57,427 nucleotides of DNA. Origin: Chiloscyllium plagiosum. Its lineage: Eukaryota. Where the stretch lies: contig NW_025215378.1 of assembly GCF_004010195.1 (NCBI RefSeq), positions 113,094 to 170,520 on the forward strand. Reading direction: 5' to 3'. Made by a program: the position numbers and the translations under genes. Below are positions 39,061 through 50,469 of the stretch, piece by piece. The notes beneath the pieces were generated by a model. That model saw nothing but the letters and a program-made list of their open reading frames with translations. It was not told the origin of the DNA and ran no database searches. The stretch's first letter is position 1. Every line of letters begins with the position of its first letter.

Positions 39061-39852
39061 ATGGCAGGGGACCTCAGACCCTGGCATATGCCCCTTGCTC
39101 GACGTGGGAGCTTAGGAACGTGTCTGACGTTCCTGACTCTTACACTTGCAAAAAGTGTGTCCAGCTGCAGCTCTTGTTTAACCGCATGACGGCTCTGGAG
39201 CTGCAGATGGACTCACTGTGGAGTATCCGCGATGCTGAGGAGGTTGTGGATAGCACGTTTAGTGAACTGCTCACACCGCAGGTTAGAATTGCTGAGGGAG
39301 ACAGTGAATGGGTGACCAAAAGACAGAAAGAGAGTAGGAAGGCAGTGCAGGTGTTCCCTGTGGTCATATCCCTCCAAAACAGGTACACCATTTTGGATAA
39401 TGTTGGGGCAGATGGTTAACCAGGAGAGGGCAACAATTGTCAAGGTCATGGCACCGTGGTTGGCACTGCTGTTCAGAAGGGCGGGAAAAAGACTCGCAGG
39501 GCCATAGTCATAGGGGATTCTATTGTGAAGGGAGTAGATAGGCGGTTCCGTGGCTAAAAACGGGACTCCCGGATGGTATGTTGCCTCCCAGGTGCTCGGA
39601 TCAGGGATGTTACCGATCGGCTGCAGAGCATTCTAAAAGGGGAGGGTGAACAGCCAGTTATCTTTATGCATATAGGCACCAACGGTGTAAGAACAAAATG
39701 AGATGAGGTCCTGAAGGAAGAATTCAGGGAGTTGGGAGAGAAGTTAAAGAGGAGGACCTCAAAGGTAGTGATCTTGGGATTACTACCAGTGTCATGTGCT
39801 AGCCAGCGTAGAAATGAAAAAATAGGCAGGATGACCACGTGGCTTGAGAAAT
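39061..39852 (+). pseudogene. CR1 ORF1 remnant (Zn-finger-like N-terminus plus SGNH esterase), with stops and frameshift
   Basis: YTCKKCVQLQLL...ISLQNRYTIL; AIVIGDSIVKG...CCLPGARIRDVTDRL...MHIGTN...VVILGLLPV. Confidence 0.9.
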
Positions 39853-39865
39853 ACCCTGTGAGAGG

Positions 39866-39908
<43 letters not shown>

Positions 39909-40055
39909 GGGGTATACCCTGTGTTCATATTAATAAACTGAAATCCGCATTCTAAAAGATGAATGACTTTACAATCCAGGTGTGTTCAATATATCACTGT
40001 GTGATACTGTAATCTTTTGCTATAAATTCTGGGTCTCATGATCCTGCTCCACAAC

Positions 40056-40090
40056 CACCTGATGAAGGAGCAGTGCTCTGAAAGCTAGTG
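40056..40090 (+). ncRNA. Minimal type-I hammerhead ribozyme motif (intact core)
   Basis: CAC CUGAUGA A GGAGC agu GCUCU GAA AGCU A GUG. Confidence 0.7.
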
Positions 40091-42047
40091 CTTCCAAATA
40101 AACCTGTTGGACTATAACCTGGTGTTGTGTGGATTCTAACTAAATCTCTCAGTGTAACCTTCCATTTCCTCTGGCCTCTAATGTTTGTCCAGTTTCCCTG
40201 TAAATGCACCTCTATTGTACACCTCAGCTTCTCCCTGTGGGAGAAAGCCAACATTCTCCAGATAAATATATCAGCCCGGAGACCCTATCGGATTTCTTGG
40301 AGTCTGTCTTATACCTGATGGCCTTTAGCTTGGCTTTTCCCCAGACGTTGAGACACTGTCGTTCTGTGAAGGCTCAATAATCTGACAGCTGTCTATTGGT
40401 CACCCCCTCAACCTTCTCTCTTCAAGGGGTTCATTGGGTTGAAAGGTCAGATGAGTGGCTGGTGTGAGCTGGGTAAAGCCAGTGTTTTGGATAATATGCC
40501 AAGATATACAAGGCAATGGGTGAACCACTGGAAAATGGGATTCAAATAGTTGCTTGTTTCTGACTGGCACATTCCCGATGGGTCGAAGGGCCTTTTCCTA
40601 TGATGTAGACCTCTCTGACTCTAATCAGTGCGTATTGGAATGGCAGCACTTTGACAAGGCTGTGCACACTCCAGAAGGATGTATTTGAAAGGGATTAAAT
40701 TACCAACACCACCATGCATTTATATAGCGACTTTGACGTTGTAAACATCCAAATGGTGCCTCACAAGCACACAGAGCAAATCCAGAAATAGAAACATTAG
40801 AACAGGTGACCAAAAGATCAATCAAATTATGGAGCAACTTAAAGGAGAGCGAGCTGTGGAACCAGAACATCAGACACAAATATTGAAATGACCAAGTTCA
40901 GTGATGTCCCCTCGGAGGAATGCAGAGATCAGGGGGAGTGGGATGGCTGGAAGCAGCTATGGAGTCAGGAGGGGGGTGTGAGGCAAGGGCTGGATTGGAA
41001 GATGAGGGCGCAAGTTTTAATCTTCAGATGTCAGTGAACCAGAAGCCAACGTAGACCAGAGACTGATAGGACAGACTTCCAGAATTTAGGCGGGCTGAGA
41101 TTTGTGAGGAGAGGTGGAGATGTGTTAACATGGATATAATAGATCTGCTGCCCAAGGAGACTGCTTCAACTCCAGCCTACCAGATCGGAAACTCCTTTAC
41201 ATCACTATCACTACAAATCACAAGGGTCCACTCCATCTCTTTGACTCTATTTTTTAATCTATTTTCTTTTTCACACCTCTAACATTTAGATTAAAGTGCA
41301 CAGTGTCTGCACACCCCCATGCTGTGTAACATCAGTGCAATGCACTGGCTGTGTATTTTCTGAAAGATGTTAATTATGCATGCTCTCAGTCAGACTGCTC
41401 ACTGCATCTAACTGCCACTCAAAACACCATGGGCTCATTCTGCAGCTTTGAGCAAACCCAGGTACTTTGAATTATTTAAATCTCTGTTACACTTTCTGTA
41501 CATCTATCCCCGAGTGATAAACGGATGAGGAGAGATCTCAGCCCTACCCCTGTGGGAGAAGAGTTAATTGCTAAGACTCACAGCACCACAAGGAGAGTTT
41601 TACTTTTCTGTCAAGTGTTTCATGTAATTTATAAACCCCTGCTGAACTATTCAACAACAGCATTTAATCAGACCGGAAGAATAATGCACACACCCAGCTG
41701 CTACTTTTCAGAGGTGTGTGTTTAAATTAAATGAATCTCCTAATTATTGGTCAGACACAACACCCAGTTACCTCTCGATGCTGTGTGGAAAAATTCTCAA
41801 TTCAATCCCAGCCAATACCGAGAGAGTGCTGCACTCTCAGAGGTGTTATATTTCAATTGAGACATTAAATTGACACCATCTCAACATTTAAAGATTCCAC
41901 AATACCAATGGATTGTCAATGCCTCCTGAACAGATTAATGCATGTGGAATTATCTGGTTCTGTTAAACACTACGGCCAGAAATAGGTCATTCAGCCCATC
42001 AAGTACACTCCACCATTCAATCAGATCATGGCTGGCTTTCAAAATTC

Positions 42048-42885
42048 TCTCCCTCCTGATACTGCCTGCCTTGCTGTGTTCCCCTCCCTCCTGATACTGC
42101 CTGCCTTGCTGTGNNNNNNNNNNNNNNNNNNNNNNNNNNNNNNNNNNNNNNNNNNNNNNNNNNNNNNNNNNNNNNNNNNNNNNNNNNNNNNNNNNNNNNN
42201 NNNNNNNNNNNNNNNNNNNNNNNNNNNNNNNNNNNNNNNNNNNNNNNNNNNNNNNNNNNNNNNNNNNNNNNNNNNNNNNNNNNNNNNNNNNNNNNNNNNN
42301 NNNNNNNNNNNNNNNNNNNNNNNNNNNNNNNNNNNNNNNNNNNNNNNNNNNNNNNNNNNNNNNNNNNNNNNNNNNNNNNNNNNNNNNNNNNNNNNNNNNN
42401 NNNNNNNNNNNNNNNNNNNNNNNNNNNNNNNNNNNNNNNNNNNNNNNNNNNNNNNNNNNNNNNNNNNNNNNNNNNNNNNNNNNNNNNNNNNNNNNNNNNN
42501 NNNNNNNTGCTGCCTGTCTTGCTGTGTTCCCCTCCCTCCTGGTGCTGCCTGTCTTGCTGTGTTCCCCTCCCTCCTGGTGCTGCCTGTCTTGCTGTGTTCC
42601 CCTCCCTCCTGGTGCTGCCTGTCTTGCTGTGTTCCCCTCCCTCCTGGTGCTGCCTGTCTTGCTGTGTTCCCCTCCCTCCTGGTGCTGCCTGTCTTGCTGT
42701 GTTCCCCTCCCTCCTGGTGCTGCCTGTCTTGCTGTGTTCCCCTCCCTCCTGGTGCTGCCTGTCTTGCTGTGTTCCCCTCCCTCCTGGTGCTGCCTGTCTT
42801 GCTGTGTTCCCCTCCCTCCTGATGCTGCCTGTCTTGCTGTGTTCCCCTCCCTCCTGATGCTGCCTGCCTTGCTGTGTTCCCCCAG
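42048..42885. repeat. 35-bp minisatellite spanning an N-gap (42114-42507)
   Basis: Unit cctccctcctggtgctgcctgtcttgctgtgttcc, about 10 near-identical copies after the gap. Confidence 0.95.
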
Positions 42886-43839
42886 CCTATTGCCTGTCAA
42901 CCATGGATTCTATCAGTAATTTCTCTCTCTGTCCTGCTTTTTATTCTGAGGTTGTGCTGCCTGACTGGAGGCACTCCCCGTCCCCACAGCCAGGGCAAGC
43001 ATCCTCTCTGCATTTACATTGCTCATTCTTCCAGAATTATCCACGCTGAATGAATTCAGGTCACATTCTTCCAACCTCCACAGTGTATCGGCCCAGGGTC
43101 AGAGAGAACGGCAGCACAGACAAAGGTTCCCTCTGCCGATCCGAACCAGCCAGCTGACTATGCTAATCCCATTCCCCAGCACGTGGCCCAACTCCTTTGT
43201 TGGTTGTTTTCATTGGCGTCCGTCTGGCTATCCTACGGCCACTTCGGTCAGTCTGGGACTCCAGGCAGTGTTTTCCTGGGCATTGTGGTGGGCCTGTCCC
43301 GGGATTCCAAAGGGGGAAATAAGGCCCTCAACCCCAGAGCCGTGAAACGGGCTAAGTGGACTTTGTCTTAAATTCTGTCTTTTTTAATTACTTTCTTTTC
43401 CCCTTTTTAAATTTATATTATGGTAGAGGGACTGTTATTCTGACAGTTATTTGTTTATTTTTCTAATTTATTTTCCCAAGAATTTGTGCAGTTGGTCCTG
43501 CTATAATGTGTGTTTCTTCAATATGAAATGGCTTTAATGTGATTGAGGATTTTATTTGTACAGCTCCACCTTTCCCTCCCTGCATTGTGAGGAAGCAGCA
43601 CTAACCACTGAGCCACCGTGCCCCCCGGAACCTTTGCACCTAAGATAGCACTGTCAGTGGCAACTTGTAAACTTTTCACTGACCTCATGTGAGTACGTGT
43701 GACAATAAAACTAATTCAGGCCTTGTATGACTTAGCATCACAAGTGCACATTCTTCCCTAATGTTCTGAGGGTTTCTGCCCCTCCCACCCTTTACAGGAA
43801 GTGAGTTCCAGATTCCTTTGGGTGAAACATTTTTCCCTC

Positions 43840-44302
43840 AGAAAAGATTTCCCAGGATGTTGCCAGGGTTGGAGGATCTGAGCTACAGGGAGAGGCTGAA
43901 CAGGCTGGGGCTGTTTTCCCTGGAGCTTCGGAAGCTGAGGGGTGACCTTATAGAGGTTTACAAAATCATGAGGGGCATAGATAGGATGAATAGGCAAAGT
44001 CTTTTCTCTGGGGTGGGGGAGTCCAGAACTAGAGGACATAGGTTTAGGGTGAGATGGGAAAGATATAAAAGGGACCAAAAGGGCAACGTTTTCACGCAGA
44101 GGATGGTGCATGTATGGAATGAGCTGCCAGAGGAAGTGGTGGAGGCTGTTACAATTGCAAAATGTAAAAGGCATCTGGATGGGTATATGAGTAGGAAGGG
44201 TTTGGAGGCAAATGGGACTAGATTAGTTTAGGATATCTGGTCAGCGTGGACAAGTTGAACCGAAGGGTCTGTTTCCATGTTGTACAGCTCTATGACTCTA
44301 TC
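43840..44302 (+). mobile_element. CR1/HER1-like LINE 3' fragment
   Basis: QKRFPRMLPGLEDLSYRERLNRLGLFSLELRKLRGDLIEVYKIM. Confidence 0.95.
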
Positions 44303-45153
44303 CCCTCTAAACCTTCCTTTAAATCTATGCCTTTTTGTCATTGATCTGTCTGTCAACAGGAAATATTTCTCATATTGTTTTTCATCATAAGACAGTCCCA
44401 CCATCCCAGGAATTAACTTGATGAACTTTCACTGAATTTCCTCCATGTCTTTCCCCAAAACAGCACACAATATTCCAGGTATGGTCTCATCAATGTTTGA
44501 ACTTGTTGTCTGTATATAAATCAATAGAATTTTTAAAAAAACTATTGCTCCAGTGCCTTAGCCCAACCGATGTTACTTCTGGACGAAATCGGGCTTGATA
44601 AATTTTATTTAGTTTATTTGTAAATGTGTTGTCTTTCACTGGCACCTTAGCACACCAGGCTGCATATTGGTTTTACCAATATAGCAGAAGTTCATTATGC
44701 TAAAGAAATAAAATAACATAAGACAAAACAAGCTATCTAAATTTAATACCGTTTGTAAGATTTTTTAAAAAACACAGTGAGACAAAATCCCTATTCCCAA
44801 CACAATCAATTTACCGTTACTCAAAAACCAGAGGAAATCCTTCCCTGTCAAATCTCAGTTTGCCCCAGTGTTTTTTCTCTGTTTAAGTCCTGTCAGCTGA
44901 GAAACCTTTTTCTTTGATCTTGTCACACAATTGAGAGCTTAGACTTTCTAATTTCTTAAATAATCAGCAGAGTTCTAACCAAACACTTCTGCTCTGGAAA
45001 TTTTACAAACTACACTTTCACTTAGGTAATTCCTTAACTACACTGAACATATTCCTTTTTCTAGGAGAGACAATAAATGCCTCTGACTCCAGTCAGGTTC
45101 TCCAGAAATGCCCCAAAGCTTTCTCTTCTCTGGGTTTTCTAAGCTAAAACCAA

Positions 45154-45350
45154 GGAGAAAGTGAGGACTGCAGATGCTGGAGATCAGAGCTGAAAATGTG
45201 TTGCTGGAAAAGCGCAGGTCAGGCAGCATCCAAGGAACAGGAGAATCGACGTTTCGGGCACAAGCCCGAAGAAGGGCTTATGCCCGAAACGTCGATTCTC
45301 CTGTTCCTTGGATGCTGTCTGACTTGCTGCGCTTTTCCAGCAACACATTT
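45154..45350. mobile_element. Young fold-back PLE-derived element (family A), 14-bp TSD
   Basis: TSD taagctaaaaccaa at 45140-45153 and 45351-45364. Near-perfect arms centred on gccc-gaagaa-gggcttatgcccgaaacgtcga. Confidence 0.9.
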
Positions 45351-45469
45351 TAAGCTAAAACCAATCCTGGCTCTTTCTAACCCAAAAGGAAGCTAATGCC
45401 TTTCAATGTTTTCTTTCTCTTGTCATTAATCCCCATTATATCAGGCACATCGCGGTGTGAAATCAAAGT

Positions 45470-45763
45470 TTAGATTAGATTCCCTATAGTGTGGAAACAG
45501 GCCCTTCAGCCCAACCAGTCCACACCGACCCTCTGAAGAGTAACCCACCCAGACCCATTCCCCTCTGACTAATGCACCGATCATTATGGGCAATTTAGCA
45601 TGGCCAATTCACTGTGGGAGAAAACCAGAGCACCCAGAGGAAACCTATGCAGACACGGGGAGAATGTGCAAACTCCACACAGACAGTCACCCGAGGCTGG
45701 AATCAAACCCAGGTCCCTGGCGCTGTGAGGCAGCAGTGCTAGCCATTGAGCCACCATGCCGCC
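45470..45763 (-). mobile_element. HE1-type SINE
   Basis: ttagattagatt tail through gagccaccatgccgccc head. Confidence 0.9.
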
Positions 45764-45825
45764 CTACCTGAAAGACTGACCTAGTTAATTTTTAAACTCA
45801 TTTATAGATAAAAAGTAAGACTACG

Positions 45826-46126
45826 GGGAGGCACAGTGCCTCAGTGGTTAGCATTACTGCCTCACAGCACAGGGACCCAGGTTCGATTCCACCCTTGGGC
45901 GACCCTTGTCTGTGTGGAGTTTGCACATTCTCCCCGTGTCTGCGTGGGTTTCCTCCCACAATCCAAAGGTTAGGTGAATTGGCCATGCTAAATTACCCAT
46001 TGTATTCAGGGATGTTAGGTTTGGTCTATTAGTTAGGGAAATGGGTCTGGGCAGGTTACTCTTCAGAGGGTCTGTGTGGACTTATTGGGCTAAATGGCTT
46101 GTTTCTACACTGTAGGGAATCTATGA
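45826..46126 (+). mobile_element. HE1-type SINE
   Basis: A/B boxes (ggttcgattcc) and conserved core. Confidence 0.9.
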
Positions 46127-46171
46127 TGTGCCACTGGTCTAACATCCAAATTTATAAAGTCATATATGCAA

Positions 46172-46390
46172 ATCAAAGACAGAAATTGCTGGCAAAAGCT
46201 CAGCAGGTCTGGCAACATCTGTGAAGTGAAATCAGAGTTAACCTTTCAGGTTCAGTGACCCTTCCTCAGAACTCAGACCTGAAACATTAAATTTGATTCC
46301 TCTTCGCAGATGCTGCCAGACCTGCTGAGTTTTTCTATCAACTTCTATTTTTGTTTCTGATTTACAGCATCCATAGTTCTTTTGTTTTTT
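46172..46390. mobile_element. Fold-back PLE-derived element (family C)
   Basis: Inverted arms. Minus motif at 46235-46274: GAGUU CUGAGGA A GGGUC acug AACCU GAA AGGU U AACUC. Confidence 0.85.
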
Positions 46391-46454
46391 AATCTATAAA
46401 TCATGAACTTTTCATCACAGCCTACAATGGATTGCTATGTAATGATCAAACTCA

Positions 46455-47080
46455 ATGGAGAGGGTGGAGAGGAGGTTTACCAGGATATTGCCAAGTTGGC
46501 AGAGTTTCAGTTATGAAGAGAGATTGGACAGACTGGCGTTGTTTTCCTTGGAATATTGGAGATCAAGTGAGGGAATGATGGAGATGTCTAAAACTCTGAG
46601 GGGCATAGACAGGGTACACAGTAAGAAAGTTCCTGACAAAGGGCTTTTCCTGAAATGTCGATTTTCCTCGGATGCTGCCTGACCTGCTGTGCCTTTCCAG
46701 CACCACTCTAATCTTGACTTTAATCTCTAGCATCTGCAGTACCCACTCCTGCCTCAACAGTAAGAAAGCTTTCCCGTTAATGCAGGAATCAATGACTGGG
46801 GCATAGATTTAAGGAAAAGGGCAGGAGGTTAAGGGAGGATTTTCACCCAGACAGGGGAGGGAACCTGGAATTCAGGGTAAGGGTGGGAGAGGCAGAAACC
46901 CTCAATGTTTAAGCAGGAATCAGATGTGCATTTACAAAGCCAAGGCATACAAAGCTATGGGCCAAGTGCTGGAAAATGGGATTAGAGTGGTTAGGTGGGT
47001 TGGTTTTGACAAGTTCAGAGTTGACGGGCCAAAGGGCCTTTTACTGATTTGTAAACCTCTCTGACTCTATGACTCTGACT
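46455..47080 (+). mobile_element. CR1-like LINE 3' fragment interrupted by a PLE tail
   Basis: MERVERRFTRILP...SYEERLDRLALFSLE; tail tgactctatgactct. Confidence 0.85.
46630..46756 (+). mobile_element. 127-bp family-A PLE tail starting at the hammerhead core, 12-bp TSD
   Basis: TSD acagtaagaaag at 46618-46629 and 46757-46768. Begins ttcCTGACAAagggcttttcctGAAAtgtcga. Confidence 0.85.
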
Positions 47081-47305
47081 ATCGACAGTAATGGAAGAAA
47101 GGGGTGATTGACCTCGAGAGGATACAGAGGAGTTTGATGAGAACATTGCTGGTCAGGAACATTTTAATGAGGAGGATAGGTTAGGTTCTGGAACACAGAG
47201 CTCGAAAGCTGATGTGGTGGAAATGTATAAAATTATGAGGAATAGATAGAGCAGCTGGTCCTCCTATAATACTAACTCTGGTTTCAATGCACTAACACAA
47301 TGGCA

Positions 47306-47590
47306 AAGTTAAAAACCACACAACACCAGGTTATAGTCCAACAGGTTTATGTGGAAGCACTAGCTTTTGGAGCGCTGCTCCTTTATCAGGTGGTTGTGGA
47401 GCAGAATCCTAAGACACAGATCCTGTTGCTATAAAATCGGTGTCTTAGGATCCTGCTCCACAACCACCTGATGAAGGAGCAGCGCTCCGAAAGCTAGTGC
47501 TTCCAATTAAACCTGTTGGACTATAACCTGGTGTTGTGTGGTTTTTAACTTTGTCCACCTTAGACCGGCACCGGCACCTCCAAACCGATC
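47306..47590. mobile_element. Fold-back PLE-derived element (family B), 10-bp TSD
   Basis: TSD cacaatggca at 47296-47305 and 47591-47600. Arms of about 110 bp with hammerhead motifs on both strands (47358-47392 minus, 47465-47499 plus). Confidence 0.9.
47465..47499 (+). ncRNA. Minimal type-I hammerhead ribozyme motif (intact core)
   Basis: CAC CUGAUGA A GGAGC agc GCUCC GAA AGCU A GUG. Confidence 0.75.
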
Positions 47591-47912
47591 CACAATGGCA
47601 TTAACGCTAGGTTTGAAAAGAAGATTCTGGGTACTGTGTCCAGGAAGATCATTGACACATTCTCTGTCAGAAAATTCAATGCATTGAATGTTTCAAGCAA
47701 CTTCAACGTTAATCCAATCCTGTCCTAAACAAAAGCCGATTTGAGTATTGGATGTAAAAGTAACAAACATGGGAAAAATTGACTAGTATAAAATGTTGAA
47801 TTTTTCTGTCGACGGACAATTATGAATCATTAAACTTTGTTTCTCACAACCTTCCAATGCCCTTTCTAGTGTGGGGTTTCCCTCTGATAGCTCACTTATA
47901 AATGTCTCACAA

Positions 47913-49048
47913 ATAGAGTCATAGAGATGTACAGCAGGGAAACAGACCCTTCGGTACAACCTGTCCATGCCGACCAGATATCCCAACCCAATCTAGTCCC
48001 ACCGGCCCATATCCCTCAAACCCTTCCTATTCATATACCCATCCAAATGCCTCTCAAATACTGCAATTGTACCAGCCTCCACCTCTGGCAGCTCATTCCA
48101 TACACGTACCACCCTCTGCGTGAAAACGTTGCCCCTTGGTCTCTTTTATATCTTTCCCCTCTCATCCTAAACCTATGCCCTCTAGTTCTGGACTCCCCGA
48201 CCCCAGGTAAAAGATTTTGCCTATTTATCCTATCCATGCCCCTCATAATTTTGTAAACCTCTATAAGGTCACCCCTCAGCCTCCGACGCTCCAGGGAAAA
48301 CAGCCCCATCCTGTTCAGCCTCGCCCTGTAGCTCAGATCCTCCAACCCTGGCAACATCCTTGTAAATCTTTTCTGAACCCTTTCAAGTTTCACAACATCT
48401 TTCCAATTGGAAGGAGACCAGAATTGTACACAATATTCCAACAGTGGCCTAACCAATGTCCTGTACAGCCCAACATGACCTCCCAACTCCTGTACTCAAT
48501 ACTCTGACCAATAAAGGAAAGCATACCAAACGCCTTCTTCACTATCCTATCTACCTGCAACTCCACTTTCAAGGAGCTATGAACCTGCACTCCAAGGTCT
48601 CTTTGTTCAGCAACACTCCCTAGGACCTTACCATTAAGTGTATAAGTCCTGCTAAGATTTGCTTTCCCAAAATGCAGCATCTCGCATTTATCTGAATTAA
48701 ACTCCATCTGCCACTTCTCAGCCCATTGGCCCATCTGGTCCAGATCCTGTTGTAATCTGAAGTAACCCTCTTCGCTGTCCACTACATTTCCAATTTTGGT
48801 GTCATCTGCAAACTTACTAACTGTACCTCTTATGCTCGCATCCAAATTATTTGTGTAAATGACAAAAAGTAGAGGGCCTAGCACCACTCCTTGTGGCACT
48901 CCACTGGTCACAGACCTCCAGTCTGAAAAACAACCCTCCACCACCACCCTCTGTCTTCTACCTTTGAGCCAGTTCTGTATCCAAATGGCTAGTTCTCCCT
49001 GTATTCCATGAGATCTAACCTTGCTAACCAGTCTTCCATGGGGAACCT
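47913..49048 (-). mobile_element. CR1/HER1-like LINE, RT remnant to 3' tail
   Basis: VTSGVPQGVVLGPLLF...KFADDTKIG...WAEKWQMEFN; LERRRLRGDLIEVYKIM. Confidence 0.95.
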
Positions 49049-49704
49049 GGAGTCAGATTTTCAAACTGGGTGACAATTTCTGCAGGTTGGCAAACAGTGG
49101 TCATTAACCCCAGTGTTTCTTCCTATATTGTGCCACGGTCAGTATCGTTAAAGGCAGTTTTTCACGTTATTGTGTTTAGGGTCCTGCTGTGGTCAAAGTG
49201 CTGCTGTGTTTTCCTACAGTGAACTACATTTCTGAAGTATTTCATTGACCGTAAAGCACTCTGGAGCATCCCAAGGCGCTACAGGAATGCAAGTTCATTT
49301 TCTTTCTCTTTTGTCACTTGAATATAACGTGGGTAGATTCAGCCCAGTCAAAGACTCAGTCTGAGTTAGGTTTGGCTCTGAGTTCAGATTGTGCTACATC
49401 TGCTGAAGAGGAGCTCAGTGGCACTGCCATTATCCCAGTGTGATTCAGAGCCACGTTAGAGACACCAGCCTGCTTTATCCGAGTTTGAAAGCACCATTGT
49501 AACTCACTCTTCAATTCCATAGAAAGCCAGACTCCTAACTGTAATTCATTTGGAAGCAATCACGTTTAGCCAAAAACAATAAGGACCACCCATAATTAAT
49601 CACTGAGGGCCAAACCAGGCATCAGATTGAAAGCTGCACCCACTAAACACGATGATTGAACTTGGAAACAAAGAAAAAAGTCACATTTAATTTCGCATGA
49701 AATT

Positions 49705-50345
49705 AAAACTTGCATCTGTATAGCACCTCTGATGAACACTGAACCACCTGAGTGCCTTACAGCCACTAATGTACTTTTGAAGTGTAGCAGCTGTTGGAAG
49801 CAGGGCAACTGTGTACAACAAGTTGTCACAAATGGCAATGAATTATACAATTCCTACAGCAGGCCATTCAGCCCATCAAATCCACACGGACCTTCTGCAG
49901 CACATCCCACCCAGACCCAGTGCCCCATCCTATCCCTGTAACCCTGCATTTCCCATGGCTAACCCACCTAACCTGCACATCCCTGGACACTATAGGCAAT
50001 TCAGCATGGCCAGTCCACCCTAACCTGCACAGCTTTGGACTGTGGGAGGAAACCCATGCAGACACAGTGAGTGTGTGCAAACTCCACACAGTCACCCAAG
50101 GCTGAAATCGAGTCCAGGGCCCTGGTGCTGTCAGGCAGCAGTGCTAACTGCTGAGCCACCATGCTGCCCCAAATGGTCAAGTAATCCATTTCAATGATTT
50201 GATTGAAGGATAAATATTTATCTGAGCACCAGAGAGAATTGGCCTACTTTTTTCAAAGTAATGTCAGTTACATTCACCCAAGGGGCAACTGGGGCCTTGC
50301 TTTAAGGTCTCACCCAATAAAAGGCAATGTGACAGTTTGGGCTTG
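49705..50345 (-). mobile_element. Old SINE relic (possibly Deu-domain type) interrupted by an HE1 SINE (49848-50170)
   Basis: acttgcatctgtatagcacc tail also occurs at 8300-8392, 14900-15010, 21100-21170, 49190-49300 and 51015-51210. The family name is tentative. Confidence 0.5.
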
Positions 50346-50469
50346 TAAGAATGATTATTAAAAGATAAAGTTCCTCACAAACAGAGCACAGAGGTACAGA
50401 GAAGCAAAAGATCTCTTTATCAGAATGTCTCTCACTGCACCACCACCAAAATTGGATTAGAATTGTTTT

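Larger units (their letters stand above)
37956..40139. mobile_element. Inverted family-B PLE composite enclosing a CR1 5' fragment, 13-bp TSD (1 mismatch)
   Basis: ctaaatctatcag at 37943-37955 and ctaaatctctcag at 40140-40152. Minus arm from 37956 and plus arm about 39920-40139. Confidence 0.8.

Noticed and set aside
41950..42919. Repetitive Cys/Pro-rich ORFs, or a CRISPR-like 35-bp repeat
   Set aside because: Units are contiguous with no spacers, there are no cas genes, and the context is eukaryotic. It is a minisatellite.
44571..46419. Possible second LTR (tgttac...catcaca) fragmented by nested insertions
   Set aside because: No convincing TSD and no second copy in the window.
3577..46768. 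Apparent preference of PLE hairpins for inserting into CR1 LINEs
   Set aside because: Only a few cases, CR1 covers much of the window, and the TSDs share no clear consensus.
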